From: Selaginella moellendorffii
Taxonomy: Eukaryota > Plantae > Lycopodiophyta
NCBI RefSeq assembly: GCF_000143415.4
Contig: NW_003314274.1
Location: forward strand, 62,001 to 126,000
Length of the DNA: 64,000 nucleotides
Reading direction: 5' to 3'
The notes below the pieces were generated by a model. The model searched no databases. It worked only from the letters and a program-made list of their open reading frames with translations, and was not told the DNA's origin. The position numbers and the translations under genes were made by a program. Shown here piece after piece: positions 62,370-64,000 of the stretch; the stretch's first letter is position 1, and each line of letters begins with the position of its first letter.

Positions 62370-63923
62370 ATGATATCAGAGGCTGCGATCGTGTTTGGGA
62401 GCTGGATTGGGGGCCAGGCATGGCGCCGCCACTTCATCTGGGCCTTGCTGGTGTTCTGTATCACTTTCATTTTCACGATTATCGCCTTCGTCGGCGCCAG
62501 GCCGTGCTACACCGATTGCCGCAAGGGGGGAATGCTGCCAGATAATCGATCGATCGCGGCGAGCGCTGGCCACGGGCGGCTGCTCACAGTCAAGGGATCG
62601 GAGATTTTTGAGGTAATCGTGCTAGTCTCTTTCTCTCCATTGTCGATCGATCTTGAAACATTTCGGTGGCCAGAGCGGGTTTTGGTCGCTGGGGAGGCAA
62701 GAGCGGCTCAAACGCGCCAAGATTGCGATCGAGAATCTTCATCTCCAGGATGAGCTCGACGATCTTCACGACGATGGGGTCTTGTATCGTAACATCTCGC
62801 GATTCAAGAGGTATGATTTACCGATCAAACGTGATTTTTTTATATCTTTTTTACTCCAGGAGTTACGAAGCAATGCAACGGGTATTCAGGATCTTTGTCT
62901 ACAAGGACGGTTACAAGCCATTGATGCACGAAGGCCCCAAGACTGGAATTTACGCGTCCGAAGGGCTCTTCATCGCTACCATGGAACGAGGGAATCCCTT
63001 CGCCGTGACCGAACCAAAGATCGCAACGATGTTCTTTATCCCTTTCAGCCTCAAGCAAATGGTGGACTACATGTATGACACGAACAGTCACAGCATGAAG
63101 AACATCCAGAGCTACATCGCCGGGTACTTGAGGAGGCTGGCATCGAAGTATCCTTACATGAACGCCACAAACGGGATCGATCACTTTTTTGTCTCTTGCC
63201 ACGACTGGGTAAGTTTGTTTCTTTGCTTTTCATCTTGTATACTTATGGTTTCTACTCTAGGCTCTTATGGCACTGGAAAAGCAGGACTGCCAGAGAAACA
63301 TCGTCAAGGTTGTCTGCAATGCCGATTCATCTCGAGGCTTCAACACATCCAGAGACGTTTCGTTGCCGGAGACACGAGTTCGACAGGGAAAACACTCGCC
63401 GATCATCAGAGACATTTCGGGAATGGACAGGCCTTACTTGGCGTTCTTCGCGGGCCAAATGCACGGCAAGCTGCGGCCAGTTCTCCTCGCCCACTGGAAA
63501 GACAAGGATCCGGAGATGAAAATCTACGAGGTTCTTCCACCGTCTGTGGCGGAGCGAATCTCTTACAGCGAACACATGAGGCTGAGCAAGTACTGCATCT
63601 GCGCCGCCGGATTCGAAGTCAACAGCCCGAGGCTGGTGGAAGCGATCGTGAACGAGTGCGTGCCGGTGATCTTGGCGGACAACTTCGTGCTACCTTTCAG
63701 CGAAGTCATCAACTGGGACAGCATCTCGGTGACGGTGGCGGAGAAGGATGTGGCAAACTTGAAAGCCATCCTGGCGGGGATCCCTCTGCGGAGGTACAAG
63801 GAAATGCAGGCACGGCTCAAGCACGTCAAGCGCCACTTCGTGTGGAAGAACAGCCCCGAGAAGTATGACATCTTCAACATGATCGTCCATTCGCTGTGGA
63901 CGCAGCAACTCAACAACGTTTAG
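62370..63923 (+). CDS. Exostosin-like glycosyltransferase (GT47)
   Basis: N-terminal TM; GIYASEGLFI, DHFFVSCHDW, SKYCICAAGFEVNSPRLVEAI and ECVPVI. Confidence 0.93.
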
Positions 63924-64000
63924 AAGATCTTCGATCCAATGCGTGAGTTGACAAGGCAAGTTCTTGAAATCTCTTTAATCTCTCTCATTCTCTCCTTTTC

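Noticed and set aside
49769-63923. Possible biosynthetic gene cluster (P450, methyltransferase, GT47, sugar transporter)
   Set aside because: No scaffold-forming enzyme is present. PMT and GT47 are Golgi cell-wall families, and the genes are interspersed with unrelated housekeeping genes.

Overview
Gene-dense land-plant nuclear DNA with many ~50-60 bp GT-AG introns, AAACCCTAA telo-boxes near start codons and an intronless short-motif PPR gene. By inference it is a lycophyte such as Selaginella. About 20 recognisable plant genes are present: ABHD-type hydrolase, PPR, beta-tubulin, two full-size ABCB transporters, Sec14, GT23-like fucosyltransferase, NATA1-like GNAT, SUO-like BAH-TFIIS, nicotinamidase, CDKAL1, ASHR1, Gfo/Idh/MocA oxidoreductase, PMT methyltransferase, RING-H2, STP, CYP716-like P450, ankyrin ACBP, pinin and GT47. 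The non-ordinary content is as follows. (i) Two spliced Crinkler(CR)-like effector/toxin-architecture genes with short coiled-coil headers: header+P-loop NTPase+PD-(D/E)xK nuclease at 4470-6841, and header+degenerate REase+kinase at 43720-45638. Each lies next to transposon-like DNA. (ii) A truncated copia-type LTR with a PBS pointing into the first CR gene. (iii) A tandem duplication of a [beta-tubulin + ABCB] block with reciprocal pseudogenisation. (iv) A head-to-head gene pair with only ~43 bp between start codons. (v) An orphan tRNA 3' half. All calls were made by eye from motifs; no searches were run, and exon boundaries are approximate unless stated.
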